Notes: a model not told the origin generated them from the letters alone. Counted from the stretch's first letter, positions 1-11,745 are shown. The stretch is 32,000 bases of DNA from Buchnera aphidicola (Neophyllaphis podocarpi) (GCF_964059055.1 NZ_OZ060386.1:240001-272000), one strand, 5' to 3'. Program-made: numbers and translations.

Positions 1-50
1 AGTTTTAAATTTTAATAAAAAATTTTTTTATTTTTTATAGGTATAATATA

Positions 51-650
51 ATGTTTAAATTAATTTATAAAAATTATAATTTAATTGCAGGTGTAGATGA
101 AGTTGGTTGTGGCGCATTAGCAGGACCAGTTGTTGCCGCTGCTGTAATTTTAAACGAAAAATTTAAAATACATGGATTAAAAGATTCTAAAAAAATTTCT
201 ATCAAAAATCGTTTATATATTAGTAAAGAAATTAAAAAAAAATCTTTAGATTGGCATATAGGAGTTGCTAATGCTCAAGAAGTAGATAAATTTAACATTT
301 TAAACGCTAGAATGATAGCTATGAAAAGAGCTATTTTAGGTCTTAACTTAAAACCTAGTTATATATTTATTGATGGTAATAAATCTCCAAATATTTCTAT
401 TCCTATTCATTGCGTTGTTAATGGTGATAATATTATCAAAGAGATTAGCGCAGCTTCTATTATAGCTAAAGTTATACGTGATAGTAAATTAAATAAAATT
501 CATTCATATTTTCCTGAATATAATTTTAATAAAAACAAAGGTTACCCAACTAAAGATCATATATTAGCTATTCGTAAGTTTGGTGTAACTAATTTACATC
601 GTTTAAGTTTTTCTCCTATGTCTAGTTTTATACACATTGATCACAAATAA
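51..650 (+). CDS. rnhB: Ribonuclease HII
   Basis: The 199-aa ORF has the N-terminal motif LIAGVDEVGCGALAGPV (E. coli RnhB: LVAGVDEVGRGPLVGAV). It lies directly upstream of dnaE, as in the E. coli rnhB-dnaE-accA block. Confidence 0.9.
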   Translation: MFKLIYKNYNLIAGVDEVGCGALAGPVVAAAVILNEKFKIHGLKDSKKISIKNRLYISKEIKKKSLDWHIGVANAQEVDKFNILNARMIAMKRAILGLNLKPSYIFIDGNKSPNISIPIHCVVNGDNIIKEISAASIIAKVIRDSKLNKIHSYFPEYNFNKNKGYPTKDHILAIRKFGVTNLHRLSFSPMSSFIHIDHK

Positions 651-672
651 AGTTATTTTGAGATTTTGTTAA

Positions 673-3600
673 ATGAAAAATCCTAAATTTATTCACTTAC
701 GCGTACATAGTGACTATTCTTTAATTAATGGTTTATCTAAACCTGAATCGATAATAAATAAAGCTGTTGAAATTGGAATGCCTGCTATTGCTTTAAATGA
801 TTTATTTAATTTGTCGGGGATAATTAAATTTTATCGTCATGCTCATATCATGGGCATTAAACCTATTATAGGTGTAGATTTTAAAGTTTATAATAAATTG
901 TTAAAAAATACTGTATATTTAACTATATTAGCCATAAATAGCATAGGGTATAAGAATATTATTTCGTTAACATCAGAAGCTTATAATAATATCGTTCAAT
1001 TTAAAGACCCTACTATTAAATACAGCGACTTAGTAAAATATAATCAAGGTTTAATTATACTTTCTGGAGGTATATATGGAGATATAGGAAAAAGCATTTT
1101 AATAAAAAATAAACATTTTATAAATCTTTTTTTAGAATTTTATAAAAAATACTTTTTAAATTTTTATTATATAGATATATCTAGAATTAATCGTAAACAT
1201 GAAGTTCAATATTTTAATGATATAATTTATTATGCATTAAAATATAAAATTCCTTTAGTAGCTACAAATGAAGTATGCTTTTTAAATAAAAACGATTTTA
1301 GCATACATCAAATTAAAGTAAAAATACAAGAAAATTCTTCTTTAAACTTATCAAAATCTTTTTATGATTATACTGAAAACCAGTTTATGAAAACAGAAAA
1401 AGAAATGTTAGATTTGTTTTCAGATATACCTGAATCTTTACAAAATAGTGTAGAAATAGCTAAAAGATGTAATTTAATAATACCTTTATATAATCATTTT
1501 TTACCTATATTTCCTACTAAAAATATTAGTAATAAAAATTTTTTAGTAAAAAAAGCTAAAAAAGGTTTAATTAATAGATTTAAAAATTCTTTAAATATAG
1601 GTAATAATAAAGATTTATATTTAAAATATTTTAATAGATTAAATTATGAGCTAAAAGTAATAAATAAAATGGGATTTTCCAGTTATTTTTTGGTTGTAAT
1701 GGAATTTATAAAATGGTCTAAATATAATAATATTCCTGTTGGTCCTGGTAGAGGTTCTGGTGCAGGTTCACTAGTAGCATATGCATTGGAGATTACTGAA
1801 ATAGATCCTATTTACTTTGATTTATTATTTGAGCGTTTTTTAAATTTAGAAAGAACTTTTATGCCTGATTTTGATATTGATTTTTGTATGGATAGAAGAG
1901 ATGAAGTAATAGATCATGTTTCTAAGGTATATGGCAGAGAATCTGTATCTCAAATTGTTACTTTTGGTACTATGGCAGCAAAAGCAGTAATTAGAGACGT
2001 AGGTAGAGCTTTAGGATATCCTTATGGATTTCTGAATAAAATATCTAAATTAATACCTTTAGATCCAGGTATTACTTTAAGAGATGCTTTTATTAATGAG
2101 TCTAAATTACTTAATATGTACTCTAATAATAAAGAAGTGAAAGTATTATTTGATAAAGCTGTTAAATTAGAAGGTACAATTCGTAATATAGGTAAACATG
2201 CTGGAGGAGTTGTTATTTCTCCTACCAAAATTACAGATTTTTCTCCTACTTATTTAGATTTAAATACTAATAATCCTATAACTCAATTTGATAAAAATGA
2301 TATAGAAATTGTTGGTTTGGTTAAATTTGATTTTCTTGGCCTTCGTACTTTGACTATAATTCATAATACTCTTAACATAATTAATAATCGTTTAAAATTA
2401 CATAAAAAAATCGATCTAAATTCATTAAATTTAAATGATCATAAGTGTTTTAAGCAATTACAAAATGCTAATACTACTGCAGTTTTTCAGTTAGAATCTA
2501 AAGGAATGAAAGATTTAATAATGAGGTTAAAACCAGATTCTTTTGAGGATATTGTAGCATTATTAGCATTATTTCGTCCAGGTCCGTTGCAATCAGGAAT
2601 GGTAGATAATTTTATAAATAGAAAACATGGTATAGAAAAGATTTATTATCCTGATGAAAACTGGCAGCATGAATCTCTTAAGCCAATTTTAAATAAAACT
2701 TATGGGATTATTTTATATCAAGAGCAAGTTATGCAAATTGCTCAAGTACTAGCTGGGTATACACTTAGTGAAGCAGATTTACTTCGTATAGCTATGGGTA
2801 AAAAAAATCCTAAAGAAATGTCTAAGCAAAAATTTATTTTTCAGCAGGGAGCTAAAAAAAAAGGTATATGTAGCAAATTATCTATTAAAATATTTAATTT
2901 AGTTGAAAAATTTGCTGGTTATGGATTCAATAAATCTCATTCAGTAGCATATGCTTTAATATCTTATCAAACACTATGGTTAAAAGTATACTATACTTCT
3001 GATTTTATGGCAGCTTCTATGAGTTCAGATATAGATAATATTAATAGACTCGTATTATTAGTTAATGAATGTAAACAATTAGGAATTAATGTAAATCCTC
3101 CAAATATTAATCTAGGTAATTATAATTTCACTGTTAACAAAGATAATAGTCTTATATATGGAATGGGTGCAATTAAAGGAATTGGTTCTTCTACAATTGA
3201 CTATATTATTAAAATAAGAAAAACAGATGGAATATTTTTAAGCTTGTTAGATTTTTGTTTACGTGTTAATCCAAAAAAAATAACAAAAAAAATTATTGAA
3301 AAATTAATTTTATCAGGTGCTTTTGATTTTTTGAATATATATAGATCACATTTAATTGATATATTAGAATATACATTAAAGATTTCTAATCAATATAATA
3401 TAAATAAAAATATTGGACAAATAGATATTTTTAGCAGTTCTTTAGAAGATTTATTTTACATTAAATTAAAATCAATTTCTTTAAAAAAATCATGGACTGA
3501 AGAAATAAAATTAGATAAAGAATATGAAGTTTTAGGTCTATACCTTACAGGTAATCCTATATCTGAATATATTTCAGAAATAGAATCTTATATAGCAAAA

Positions 3601-4167
3601 TGTATTTTTATAAAAGATATAAAATCAATTAATGCAAATAAAGTTATAATTATAAGTGGTATAATAATATCTATAAAAATCAAAATAACTAAAAACAATA
3701 AAAATATAGGAATAATGTTATTTGATGATTTATCAGGAAGAATTGAAGTCATTTTATATAATCATATAATTGAAAAATATTCAAAATTTTTAAATAAGAA
3801 TAATATATTAGTCATAAAAGGAAAAGTATCTTTAGATCGTTTTAATAGTTTATATAAAATTATTGCTTTAGAAATAATAGATATAACCACTGCAAGAGCA
3901 AAATATGTTAATAAAATTTGCATATCAGTAGTTGATAAAACTATTAATAAATTTTTTATAGACTTGTTATCTAATATTTTTAAACCTTATTTAGGAGGTA
4001 ATATTCCCATTTATATAAAATATTTAAAATCTAATGTTTACACCAATTTAAAATCAGGAAACAAATGGTTAGTTTATCCTGAAAGAAAACTGATTAATAA
4101 ATTAAAATTAATTCCTCAAATAAAAAAAGTAAGTTTAAATTTTAAAAGAAATAGATTATTAATATGA
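673..4167 (+). CDS. dnaE: DNA polymerase III alpha subunit
   Basis: The 1164-aa ORF (E. coli DnaE is about 1160 aa) starts with a PHP-domain sequence, [19 protein letters not shown], matching E. coli [19 protein letters not shown]. It also has conserved core motifs ([24 protein letters not shown]). Confidence 0.97.
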   Translation: MKNPKFIHLRVHSDYSLINGLSKPESIINKAVEIGMPAIALNDLFNLSGIIKFYRHAHIMGIKPIIGVDFKVYNKLLKNTVYLTILAINSIGYKNIISLTSEAYNNIVQFKDPTIKYSDLVKYNQGLIILSGGIYGDIGKSILIKNKHFINLFLEFYKKYFLNFYYIDISRINRKHEVQYFNDIIYYALKYKIPLVATNEVCFLNKNDFSIHQIKVKIQENSSLNLSKSFYDYTENQFMKTEKEMLDLFSDIPESLQNSVEIAKRCNLIIPLYNHFLPIFPTKNISNKNFLVKKAKKGLINRFKNSLNIGNNKDLYLKYFNRLNYELKVINKMGFSSYFLVVMEFIKWSKYNNIPVGPGRGSGAGSLVAYALEITEIDPIYFDLLFERFLNLERTFMPDFDIDFCMDRRDEVIDHVSKVYGRESVSQIVTFGTMAAKAVIRDVGRALGYPYGFLNKISKLIPLDPGITLRDAFINESKLLNMYSNNKEVKVLFDKAVKLEGTIRNIGKHAGGVVISPTKITDFSPTYLDLNTNNPITQFDKNDIEIVGLVKFDFLGLRTLTIIHNTLNIINNRLKLHKKIDLNSLNLNDHKCFKQLQNANTTAVFQLESKGMKDLIMRLKPDSFEDIVALLALFRPGPLQSGMVDNFINRKHGIEKIYYPDENWQHESLKPILNKTYGIILYQEQVMQIAQVLAGYTLSEADLLRIAMGKKNPKEMSKQKFIFQQGAKKKGICSKLSIKIFNLVEKFAGYGFNKSHSVAYALISYQTLWLKVYYTSDFMAASMSSDIDNINRLVLLVNECKQLGINVNPPNINLGNYNFTVNKDNSLIYGMGAIKGIGSSTIDYIIKIRKTDGIFLSLLDFCLRVNPKKITKKIIEKLILSGAFDFLNIYRSHLIDILEYTLKISNQYNINKNIGQIDIFSSSLEDLFYIKLKSISLKKSWTEEIKLDKEYEVLGLYLTGNPISEYISEIESYIAKCIFIKDIKSINANKVIIISGIIISIKIKITKNNKNIGIMLFDDLSGRIEVILYNHIIEKYSKFLNKNNILVIKGKVSLDRFNSLYKIIALEIIDITTARAKYVNKICISVVDKTINKFFIDLLSNIFKPYLGGNIPIYIKYLKSNVYTNLKSGNKWLVYPERKLINKLKLIPQIKKVSLNFKRNRLLI

Positions 4168-5135
4168 TATCTAATTATTTAGATTTTGAAAAACCTATTC
4201 AGGTTATAGATTCAAAAATAAAATTATTGAAAAATTTATTAAGTAATTGCGATAGTAAAATTAAAATATTATATATACAAGAAATTAAAAAATTAAATAA
4301 AAAAAATAATAAATTAATAAAAAAAATATTTATGAATTTAAATTCTTGGGAGATAATTGAACTATCCAGACATCCTTTAAGACCTTATACTTTAGATTAT
4401 ATAAAAAATATATTCACTGATTTTGATCAATTGCATGGTGATAGAATGTTTTCTGACGATAAAGCAATTATAGGTGGTATTGCTCGCTTAAATAATATTC
4501 CAGTAATGGTATTAGGTCATCAAAAAGGCAGAGAATTAAATGAAAAAATATACCATAATTTTGGAATGCCGTTTCCGGAAGGATATAGAAAATCTTTACG
4601 TTTAATGAAAATGGCAGCTAAATTTAATATGCCTATAATAACTTTTATTGATACCCCTGGTGCTGATCCAGGTATTGGTGCTGAAGAGAGGAATCAGTCT
4701 GAAGCTATTGCTAAAAATTTAATTGAAATACCTAAATTAAATGTACCAATTATTTGTACTGTAATAGGAGAAGGTGGTTCAGGTGGTGCTTTAGCTATAG
4801 GAGTTGGAGATAAAATTAATATGTTACAATATAGTACATATTCTGTTATATCTCCTGAAGGGTGTGCATCAATCCTTTGGAAAAATATCAATAAAGCTCA
4901 GGAAGCAGCTCAATCTATGAAAATTACATCTGTAATTTTAAAAAAATTAAAATTAATTGACAGTATAATTTTTGAACCATTAGGAGGAGCACATAGAAAT
5001 CCTGTTTTAATGTTTTCTATAATTAAAAAACATTTAATATCAGATTTAAATTCATTGAATAAGTTAGACATAAATCAACTTTTACGACTACGTTATAATA
5101 AAATTATGAATTATACCCATAAATTATTAAAATAA
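4164..5135 (+). CDS. accA: Acetyl-CoA carboxylase carboxyltransferase alpha subunit
   Basis: The 323-aa ORF shows long identities to E. coli AccA ([93 protein letters not shown]). Its ATG overlaps the dnaE stop (ATGA at 4164-4167). Confidence 0.95.
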   Translation: MISNYLDFEKPIQVIDSKIKLLKNLLSNCDSKIKILYIQEIKKLNKKNNKLIKKIFMNLNSWEIIELSRHPLRPYTLDYIKNIFTDFDQLHGDRMFSDDKAIIGGIARLNNIPVMVLGHQKGRELNEKIYHNFGMPFPEGYRKSLRLMKMAAKFNMPIITFIDTPGADPGIGAEERNQSEAIAKNLIEIPKLNVPIICTVIGEGGSGGALAIGVGDKINMLQYSTYSVISPEGCASILWKNINKAQEAAQSMKITSVILKKLKLIDSIIFEPLGGAHRNPVLMFSIIKKHLISDLNSLNKLDINQLLRLRYNKIMNYTHKLLK

Positions 5136-5168
5136 ATATTATATATTTTATATACAAATGTTTTAACA

Positions 5169-6386
5169 TTAGATGTTAATAATGTATTTGTATATGTTTT
5201 CAATTCTTATTTTTGTCTTTTGATTATTTTTTCTTTTTATATGTTCAATATAGTTGTTATTAATACTATTTTTACTAATAACTAAAATGTTTGGTATTCC
5301 TATTAGCTCTATATTAGAAAACATTACTCCTATATTTTCTATTTTATTATAAAATAAAACATCTATTTTCTGTTTATTTAAAAAATTATAAATATTTTCA
5401 GATAATATTTTAACTTTTATATATGTATCTATATTTATAGGTAAAATCGCAATCTTGAATGGTGCTATATTCTTATTCCATATAATTCCTTTAACATCAT
5501 TATTTTGTTCTATTAAAGAAGCAATAATTCTATTTATTCCTATTCCATAACATCCCATATGTAGTAGTTTTTTTGTTCCATTTTTATTTTGAAAATACGA
5601 TTGAAATATTTGTGAATATTTTTTTCCTATTTTAAATATATGCCCTATTTCTATATTATTTTTATTATTTGTTTTTTCTGTTTCTATATGATATTTATTT
5701 TTTTTTTCTTTTTTAGAAAAACATATTTTGTTTGCTTCACATTCATTTAGAGCTTGAAATTCATGAGATATATCTCCTCCTATAGCACCATTATTAGCTT
5801 CTACAATTTTAAATTTTAATTTTAAACGATTAAATATTTTAATGTATGTTTCATACATCAATTTATAAGTTGATATTAATGATTTATTATTTGCATGAAA
5901 AGAATAACAATCTTTCATTTTAAATTCTTTAGATCTTATAACTCCAAATCTTGGTCTAATTTCATCTCTAAATTTATTAGTTATTTGATATAATATTATA
6001 GGTAGTTCTTTGTAAGATTTTATTTCATTTTTTATTAATGTAGTAATTACTTCTTCATGAGTAGGACCTAAAACAAATTTTTTATTTTTTCTATCATTAA
6101 ATTTCATTAGTTCTAATCCATAAATATCCCATCTTTTACTTTTATTCCATAGTTTAGCAGGTTGAATTGTTGGCATTTGTATTTCTAAAGCACCTATATT
6201 ATCTAATTCTTTACGTATAATATTTTCTATTTTTTTTATTATTTTTAATCCTGTAGGTAACCATGTATATATCCCAGAAGATAACTTTCTTATTATTCCT
6301 GCTCTTAACATTAAATTATTACTCTTTATATCTTTAGATAAAGATGATTTTTTCAAAGTAGATAATAGATAATTTGTTATTTTCAT
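5169..6386 (-). CDS. proS: Prolyl-tRNA synthetase, short form lacking the INS editing domain
   Basis: The 405-aa ORF has an N-terminus (YLLSTLK..., LMLRAGIIRKLSSGIYTWLPTG, VLGPTHEEVIT, FRDEIRPRFGVIRSKEF.MKD.YSFH) and a C-terminal half (IEIGHIF.IG.KYS, MGCYGIGI.R, IAPF..AILP, GVMF...ELIGIP) that align to E. coli ProRS. The roughly 170 aa between them (INS domain) is absent. Confidence 0.9.
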   Translation of the reverse strand: MKITNYLLSTLKKSSLSKDIKSNNLMLRAGIIRKLSSGIYTWLPTGLKIIKKIENIIRKELDNIGALEIQMPTIQPAKLWNKSKRWDIYGLELMKFNDRKNKKFVLGPTHEEVITTLIKNEIKSYKELPIILYQITNKFRDEIRPRFGVIRSKEFKMKDCYSFHANNKSLISTYKLMYETYIKIFNRLKLKFKIVEANNGAIGGDISHEFQALNECEANKICFSKKEKKNKYHIETEKTNNKNNIEIGHIFKIGKKYSQIFQSYFQNKNGTKKLLHMGCYGIGINRIIASLIEQNNDVKGIIWNKNIAPFKIAILPINIDTYIKVKILSENIYNFLNKQKIDVLFYNKIENIGVMFSNIELIGIPNILVISKNSINNNYIEHIKRKNNQKTKIRIENIYKYIINI

Positions 6387-6554
6387 TTTATTGAATTCCT
6401 TATTATATAAAAATTTTTATTATTATTAAAATATTTGTTTTATTTTTTAATTATTAATTTTTTGGATGTGCTATTTATTTATTATATTTGATACATTTTA
6501 TATGTTAAATTTGTTAAAAATATTAATTTAAAAAACATAAAAAATTATTTTGAT

Positions 6555-8294
6555 TTACATATATTTTGTTGTTTTTATTCCTAGTAACATTAAACCTTTT
6601 TTTATAGTTTTTGCTGTTATAAAAATTAAATTTATTCTACTATGTTTAATTTTATTATTATTACTTGATATAATTGAATACTTTTCATAAAAATTAGAGA
6701 ACATTGTTGATAGATCATATATATATTTACATAGAATGTGAGGAGTTCCGTTTGTTATTACTTGGTAAATAGTTTCTTCAAATTGAACTAACTTAACTGC
6801 TAGCAACATTTCATTTTCGTTGTTTATTTCTATAACTCCATTTAAAATACTTTTTTTAACCTTAGCTTTTTGAAATATTGATAGTATTCTTAAATATGAA
6901 TATTGAATATATGGCGCAGTATTTCCATGAAGTTTTAACATTTTATCCCAATTAAATACATAATCAGTTTTTCTATTTTTTGATAAATCAAAATATTTTA
7001 AAGAACCTATTCCTATAATTTTTGCTGCTCTATTTTTATTTATTTCAGATATATTTTTATTCTTTACTTCAACTATTTTTTTTGCTTTTTTTATTGATTT
7101 GTTGATTAATTTTATTAATTTAATTGTATTTCCTTCACGAGTTTTAAATGGTTTTTTTTCTTTATTTAAAATCATTCCAAACATATGGTGTTCTAACATG
7201 CAATCTTCATTAATGTAACCTGCTTTTTTACTAATCATCCACACTTGTTTTAAATGTTGATTTTGTCTACTGTCAACGTAATACAATATACGGTTTGCTT
7301 TTAAAATTTGACATCTATATTTTATGCATGCTATATCTATGGCTGAATATAAAAAAGCTCCATCTTTTCTTTGTATTGTAACACCCATAGGATTTCCTTT
7401 TTTATTTTTAAATTCTGTTAGATATACTATTTTTTTTCCATTTTTATTTTTTAAAATTTTTTGTTCTTCTAAATCTTCAATAACTTCATTTAATATATTT
7501 TTATAACTGCTTTCTCCCATTAAATCATTGTTATTTAATGTGACGTTTAATTTTTTATAAATTTTATTGTTTTCTTCTATGGTGATTTTTTTAATTTTAT
7601 TCCATAAAAATATACATTTTTTATTATTAGATTGCAGTTTTACCAAATATTTATTCGATTTTTTCATAAATTTGTTATCTGAATCATATTTTTTTTTAGC
7701 TTTACTATAAATTTGATTCAATTTATTTAAACTAATTTTTTGTATTTCTTTGTTGTCTTTTTTTTCTTTGATATATGCAATTATCATTCCAAATTGAGTG
7801 CCCCAATCTCCTATATGATTAGTTTTTATTACTTTATGGCCTGTAAATTTAATAATTCTGAACATTGCATCTCCAATTATAGTTGATCTTAAATGTCCTA
7901 CATGCATTTCTTTTGCTATATTTGGAGATGAATAATCTAAAATAATTTTTTTTTTGTTTTTTGTTTCTTTAATGTTCATCCTGAATGACTTTATAGATTT
8001 TTTTATTTCTTTTATTAAAAAACTTTTTTTAATAAAAATATTAATAAATCCTGGTTTTTGTATTATTACTTTTTCTGATATATTTTGTATATTCATATTA
8101 GATATTATTTTTTTTGCAAAATGTATAGGATTTTTTCCTATATTTTTTGCTATTTTAATAATCCCATTAATTTGATAATGACCTATATTTTTTTTTATTT
8201 TATTAGAAATATTTAGGTTATAATCTTTTATTAAATATTTATTTTTTATTAAAGATTTTTTAATTTCGTTTGAAATTTTTTTGTAAAGATTCAT
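6555..8294 (-). CDS. argS: Arginyl-tRNA synthetase
   Basis: The 579-aa ORF is close to the E. coli ArgRS length (577 aa). It has the class I HIGH-type motif (SSPNIAKEMHVGHLRSTIIGD), and argS-rrs adjacency is the classic Buchnera arrangement. Confidence 0.93.
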   Translation of the reverse strand: MNLYKKISNEIKKSLIKNKYLIKDYNLNISNKIKKNIGHYQINGIIKIAKNIGKNPIHFAKKIISNMNIQNISEKVIIQKPGFINIFIKKSFLIKEIKKSIKSFRMNIKETKNKKKIILDYSSPNIAKEMHVGHLRSTIIGDAMFRIIKFTGHKVIKTNHIGDWGTQFGMIIAYIKEKKDNKEIQKISLNKLNQIYSKAKKKYDSDNKFMKKSNKYLVKLQSNNKKCIFLWNKIKKITIEENNKIYKKLNVTLNNNDLMGESSYKNILNEVIEDLEEQKILKNKNGKKIVYLTEFKNKKGNPMGVTIQRKDGAFLYSAIDIACIKYRCQILKANRILYYVDSRQNQHLKQVWMISKKAGYINEDCMLEHHMFGMILNKEKKPFKTREGNTIKLIKLINKSIKKAKKIVEVKNKNISEINKNRAAKIIGIGSLKYFDLSKNRKTDYVFNWDKMLKLHGNTAPYIQYSYLRILSIFQKAKVKKSILNGVIEINNENEMLLAVKLVQFEETIYQVITNGTPHILCKYIYDLSTMFSNFYEKYSIISSNNNKIKHSRINLIFITAKTIKKGLMLLGIKTTKYM

Positions 8295-8464
8295 TTTAAA
8301 TATAACTCTTTTAAATTTTTAAGTAATAATATCTATATTTCAAATATGTTTAAGTTATAGTTTATATCATATTTTACAAATCAGTTTTTGTTTTTTTAAA
8401 ACTATATTTAATTTATGCTAATTTAAAATTTATAGAATTTTTTTTAAATAAATTTTCATATTTC

Positions 8465-8492
8465 TTGACTTTATATAAAAAGAGTGTATTAT
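8465..8492 (+). promoter_or_regulatory. Candidate sigma70 promoter of the rrs transcription unit
   Basis: The -35 TTGACT lies at 8465-8470. After a 16-nt spacer, the -10 TATTAT lies at 8487-8492 (or ATTATA with 17 nt). The element sits about 28 nt upstream of boxA and about 140 nt upstream of mature 16S. The AT-rich background makes chance matches likely, so confidence is moderate. Confidence 0.5.
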
Positions 8493-8519
8493 AACAAATT
8501 GTACTAACAAAAACAAAAA

Positions 8520-8532
8520 TGCTCTTTAACAA
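8520..8532 (+). promoter_or_regulatory. rrn antitermination boxA
   Basis: The sequence is an exact 13/13 match to the E. coli rrn leader boxA consensus TGCTCTTTAACAA, located in the 16S leader. Confidence 0.75.
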
Positions 8533-8537
8533 TATAT

Positions 8538-8561
8538 CAGATAATTTGAGTGGACACCTTG
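8538..8561 (+). other. 5' arm of the 16S precursor processing stem (RNase III-type helix)
   Basis: CAGATAATTTGAGTGGACACCTTG is complementary to 10233-10256, whose reverse complement is CAGATAACTTGCGTGGACACCTTG. That gives 22 of 24 Watson-Crick pairs, and one of the two exceptions is a G-U pair. Confidence 0.8.
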
Positions 8562-8631
8562 TAGATCAGGTCAATAAAATTTTGAAATACAATTTTCTTA
8601 AAGGTTAATATTCTTTAAGTAATATTTTTAA

Positions 8632-10209
<1,578 letters not shown>

Positions 10210-10232
10210 TTTAAATAAATAACCTTTTCTTT

Positions 10233-10256
10233 CAAGGTGTCCACGCAAGTTATCTG
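10233..10256 (+). other. 3' arm of the 16S precursor processing stem
   Basis: CAAGGTGTCCACGCAAGTTATCTG pairs with 8538-8561 and begins 24 nt after the mature 16S 3' end. Confidence 0.8.
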
Positions 10257-10283
10257 AATGTTTTAGAGTAAAAATTATTACAT

Positions 10284-10357
10284 AGGCTTGTAGCTCAGTT
10301 GGTTAGAGCACACCCCTGATAAGGGTGAGGTCGGTGGTTCAAATCCACTCAGGCCTA
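10284..10357 (+). tRNA. tRNA-Ile (anticodon GAU), no encoded CCA
   Basis: AGGCTTGTAGCTCAGTTGGTTAGAGCACACCCCTGATAAGGGTGAGGTCGGTGGTTCAAATCCACTCAGGCCTA is near-identical to the E. coli 16S-23S spacer tRNA-Ile. The acceptor stem pairs 7/7 (one G-U), and the gene is followed by GTA rather than CCA. Confidence 0.97.
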
Positions 10358-10374
10358 GTAGTCTTTTAATTTTT

Positions 10375-10447
10375 GGGGCTATAGCTCAGCTGGGAGAGCG
10401 CCTGCCTTGCACGCAGGAGGTCAGCGGTTCGAAGCCGCTTAGCTCCA
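10375..10447 (+). tRNA. tRNA-Ala (anticodon UGC), no encoded CCA
   Basis: GGGGCTATAGCTCAGCTGGGAGAGCGCCTGCCTTGCACGCAGGAGGTCAGCGGTTCGAAGCCGCTTAGCTCCA has the G3:U70 identity pair and anticodon loop CTTGCAC. It is followed by AGT rather than CCA. Confidence 0.97.
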
Positions 10448-10452
10448 AGTTT

Positions 10453-11226
10453 TTATTTAAATTTATCTTTTTTATATCTTAAATATTTAAAAATATAAAA
10501 TTCAGTTAAATTTGTTTCCTTGTAATTTTTTAAAATCTTTTTAAGCCTTAAAAAGATATTTATTTTTTTTTCAATTTTTAAACTAACAGGTAAAGTAGGG
10601 ATATTTCTTTTAGTTTTGTTTTTTATTTTTTGATAATAGAAATTTATATTTTTATCCTTTGGAAATATTTCTTTTGCAAATTTTAAATTATTTAAAGTAT
10701 ATTCATGAGAACAAAATATTAATGTATTTTTAGGCATTAAACTTATTAGAGTCAAAGAATTAAACATTTCCTTATATAAATTGTTAGAAACATTTCCACA
10801 CCCTCCAGAAAATAAAGTATCTCCACAAAATAAAAAAGGTTTACAATAATATGACACATGACCTGCAGTATGACCAGGAGTTAAAATAATACTAAATTTA
10901 TTATCTAGTAAATTAATTGTTTTTTCATTTGTTAAAATTTTGTTTATATTACAGTCTTTAGCTTCTTTTGGTCCATAAACATCAATAAATGGAAATTTGA
11001 TTAATATAGAATCCACTCCTCTATTATGATCATAATGACAATGTGTTATTAATATTGCAACAGGTTTTAATTTCATTTTTTTTATCTTTTTAATTGTTTC
11101 TTTTGCACTTCCTGGATCTATAATAATACACTCATAATTAATATAATTATATAATATCCATATATAGTTATCTTTTAAAGATTTTACATAAGTAAACTTT
11201 AAATTATTATTTTTTATTTGTAACAT
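10453..11226 (-). CDS. gloB: Hydroxyacylglutathione hydrolase (glyoxalase II), metallo-beta-lactamase fold
   Basis: The 257-aa ORF has DNYIWIL, the metal-binding motif ITHCHYDHNRG (THxHxDH) and TPGHTAGHVSY. It sits next to rnhA, as in E. coli. Confidence 0.88.
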   Translation of the reverse strand: MLQIKNNNLKFTYVKSLKDNYIWILYNYINYECIIIDPGSAKETIKKIKKMKLKPVAILITHCHYDHNRGVDSILIKFPFIDVYGPKEAKDCNINKILTNEKTINLLDNKFSIILTPGHTAGHVSYYCKPFLFCGDTLFSGGCGNVSNNLYKEMFNSLTLISLMPKNTLIFCSHEYTLNNLKFAKEIFPKDKNINFYYQKIKNKTKRNIPTLPVSLKIEKKINIFLRLKKILKNYKETNLTEFYIFKYLRYKKDKFK

Positions 11227-11250
11227 AAATTAAATTTGTAATAAAAGATG

Positions 11251-11712
11251 TTATTTAATTTTATTATATCCTATATCATTTAAAGTTGGTAGTTTTGCTG
11301 ATTTTTTTGCTATTACATCACATTTTTCATTATATAGATTACCTTTATGAGATTTTAACAAAAACCATTTGATTTTATGTAATTGAATTAAAAAATACAA
11401 TTTTTTCCATAAATCGATATTTTTTATCATTTTATTATTTTTTTTCCATTTTTTATTTTTCCAATCATATATCCATTTTAAAATTCCTTTGTATAAATAA
11501 TTACTATCTGTATAAAAATCAATATTACATTTTTCTTTAATAGCTTTTAATGCCAATATAGCAGCCATTAATTCCATCCTATTGTTAGTTGTTAAAAAAA
11601 ACCCAGATGTTATTATTTTTTTGTATTTTTTATATTTTAAAATAGCTGTACATCCTCCTGGGCCCGGATTACCCAAACAAGATCCATCGCTATAAATTTG
11701 AATTTTTTTCAT
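11251..11712 (-). CDS. rnhA: Ribonuclease HI
   Basis: The 153-aa ORF has IYSDGSCLGNPGPGG and TTNNRMELMAAILAL, matching E. coli RNase HI. It is divergent from dnaQ, as in E. coli. Confidence 0.95.
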   Translation of the reverse strand: MKKIQIYSDGSCLGNPGPGGCTAILKYKKYKKIITSGFFLTTNNRMELMAAILALKAIKEKCNIDFYTDSNYLYKGILKWIYDWKNKKWKKNNKMIKNIDLWKKLYFLIQLHKIKWFLLKSHKGNLYNEKCDVIAKKSAKLPTLNDIGYNKIK

Positions 11713-11745
11713 ATATAATCTCTATTATTATATTTCAATTATTTT

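Noticed and set aside
42-47. A perfect TATAAT immediately upstream of rnhB.
   Set aside because: It ends only 3 nt before the ATG, so it cannot serve rnhB unless the mRNA is leaderless. Perfect TATAAT hexamers are expected by chance at this A/T content.
2022-2228. A 68-aa minus-strand ORF inside dnaE.
   Set aside because: It is antisense to a strongly supported, conserved part of dnaE (the [11 protein letters not shown] region). It has no RBS and no recognisable similarity.
4694-4891. A 65-aa minus-strand ORF inside accA.
   Set aside because: It is antisense to the most conserved, locally GC-richer AccA segment ([12 protein letters not shown]), so it is a shadow ORF.
6481-6508. A minus-strand TTAACA-16 nt-TATAAT promoter-like pair upstream of proS.
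   Set aside because: It is plausible, but the hexamers are pure A/T-type matches that occur frequently by chance here. There is no supporting element such as the TTGACT seen at the RNA-gene promoters, so it is not reported as a feature.
7324-8175. Two plus-strand ORFs (7324-7506 and 7954-8175) inside argS.
   Set aside because: They are antisense shadows of argS. Their Phe/Ile-rich composition simply mirrors the Lys/Asn-rich sense strand.
10470-10500. An all-A/T palindrome just past tRNA-Ala, considered as a possible rrs-operon terminator.
   Set aside because: The stem has no G-C pair and lies inside the gloB coding region. Its stability is too low to call a terminator. It is mentioned only in the read-through finding.
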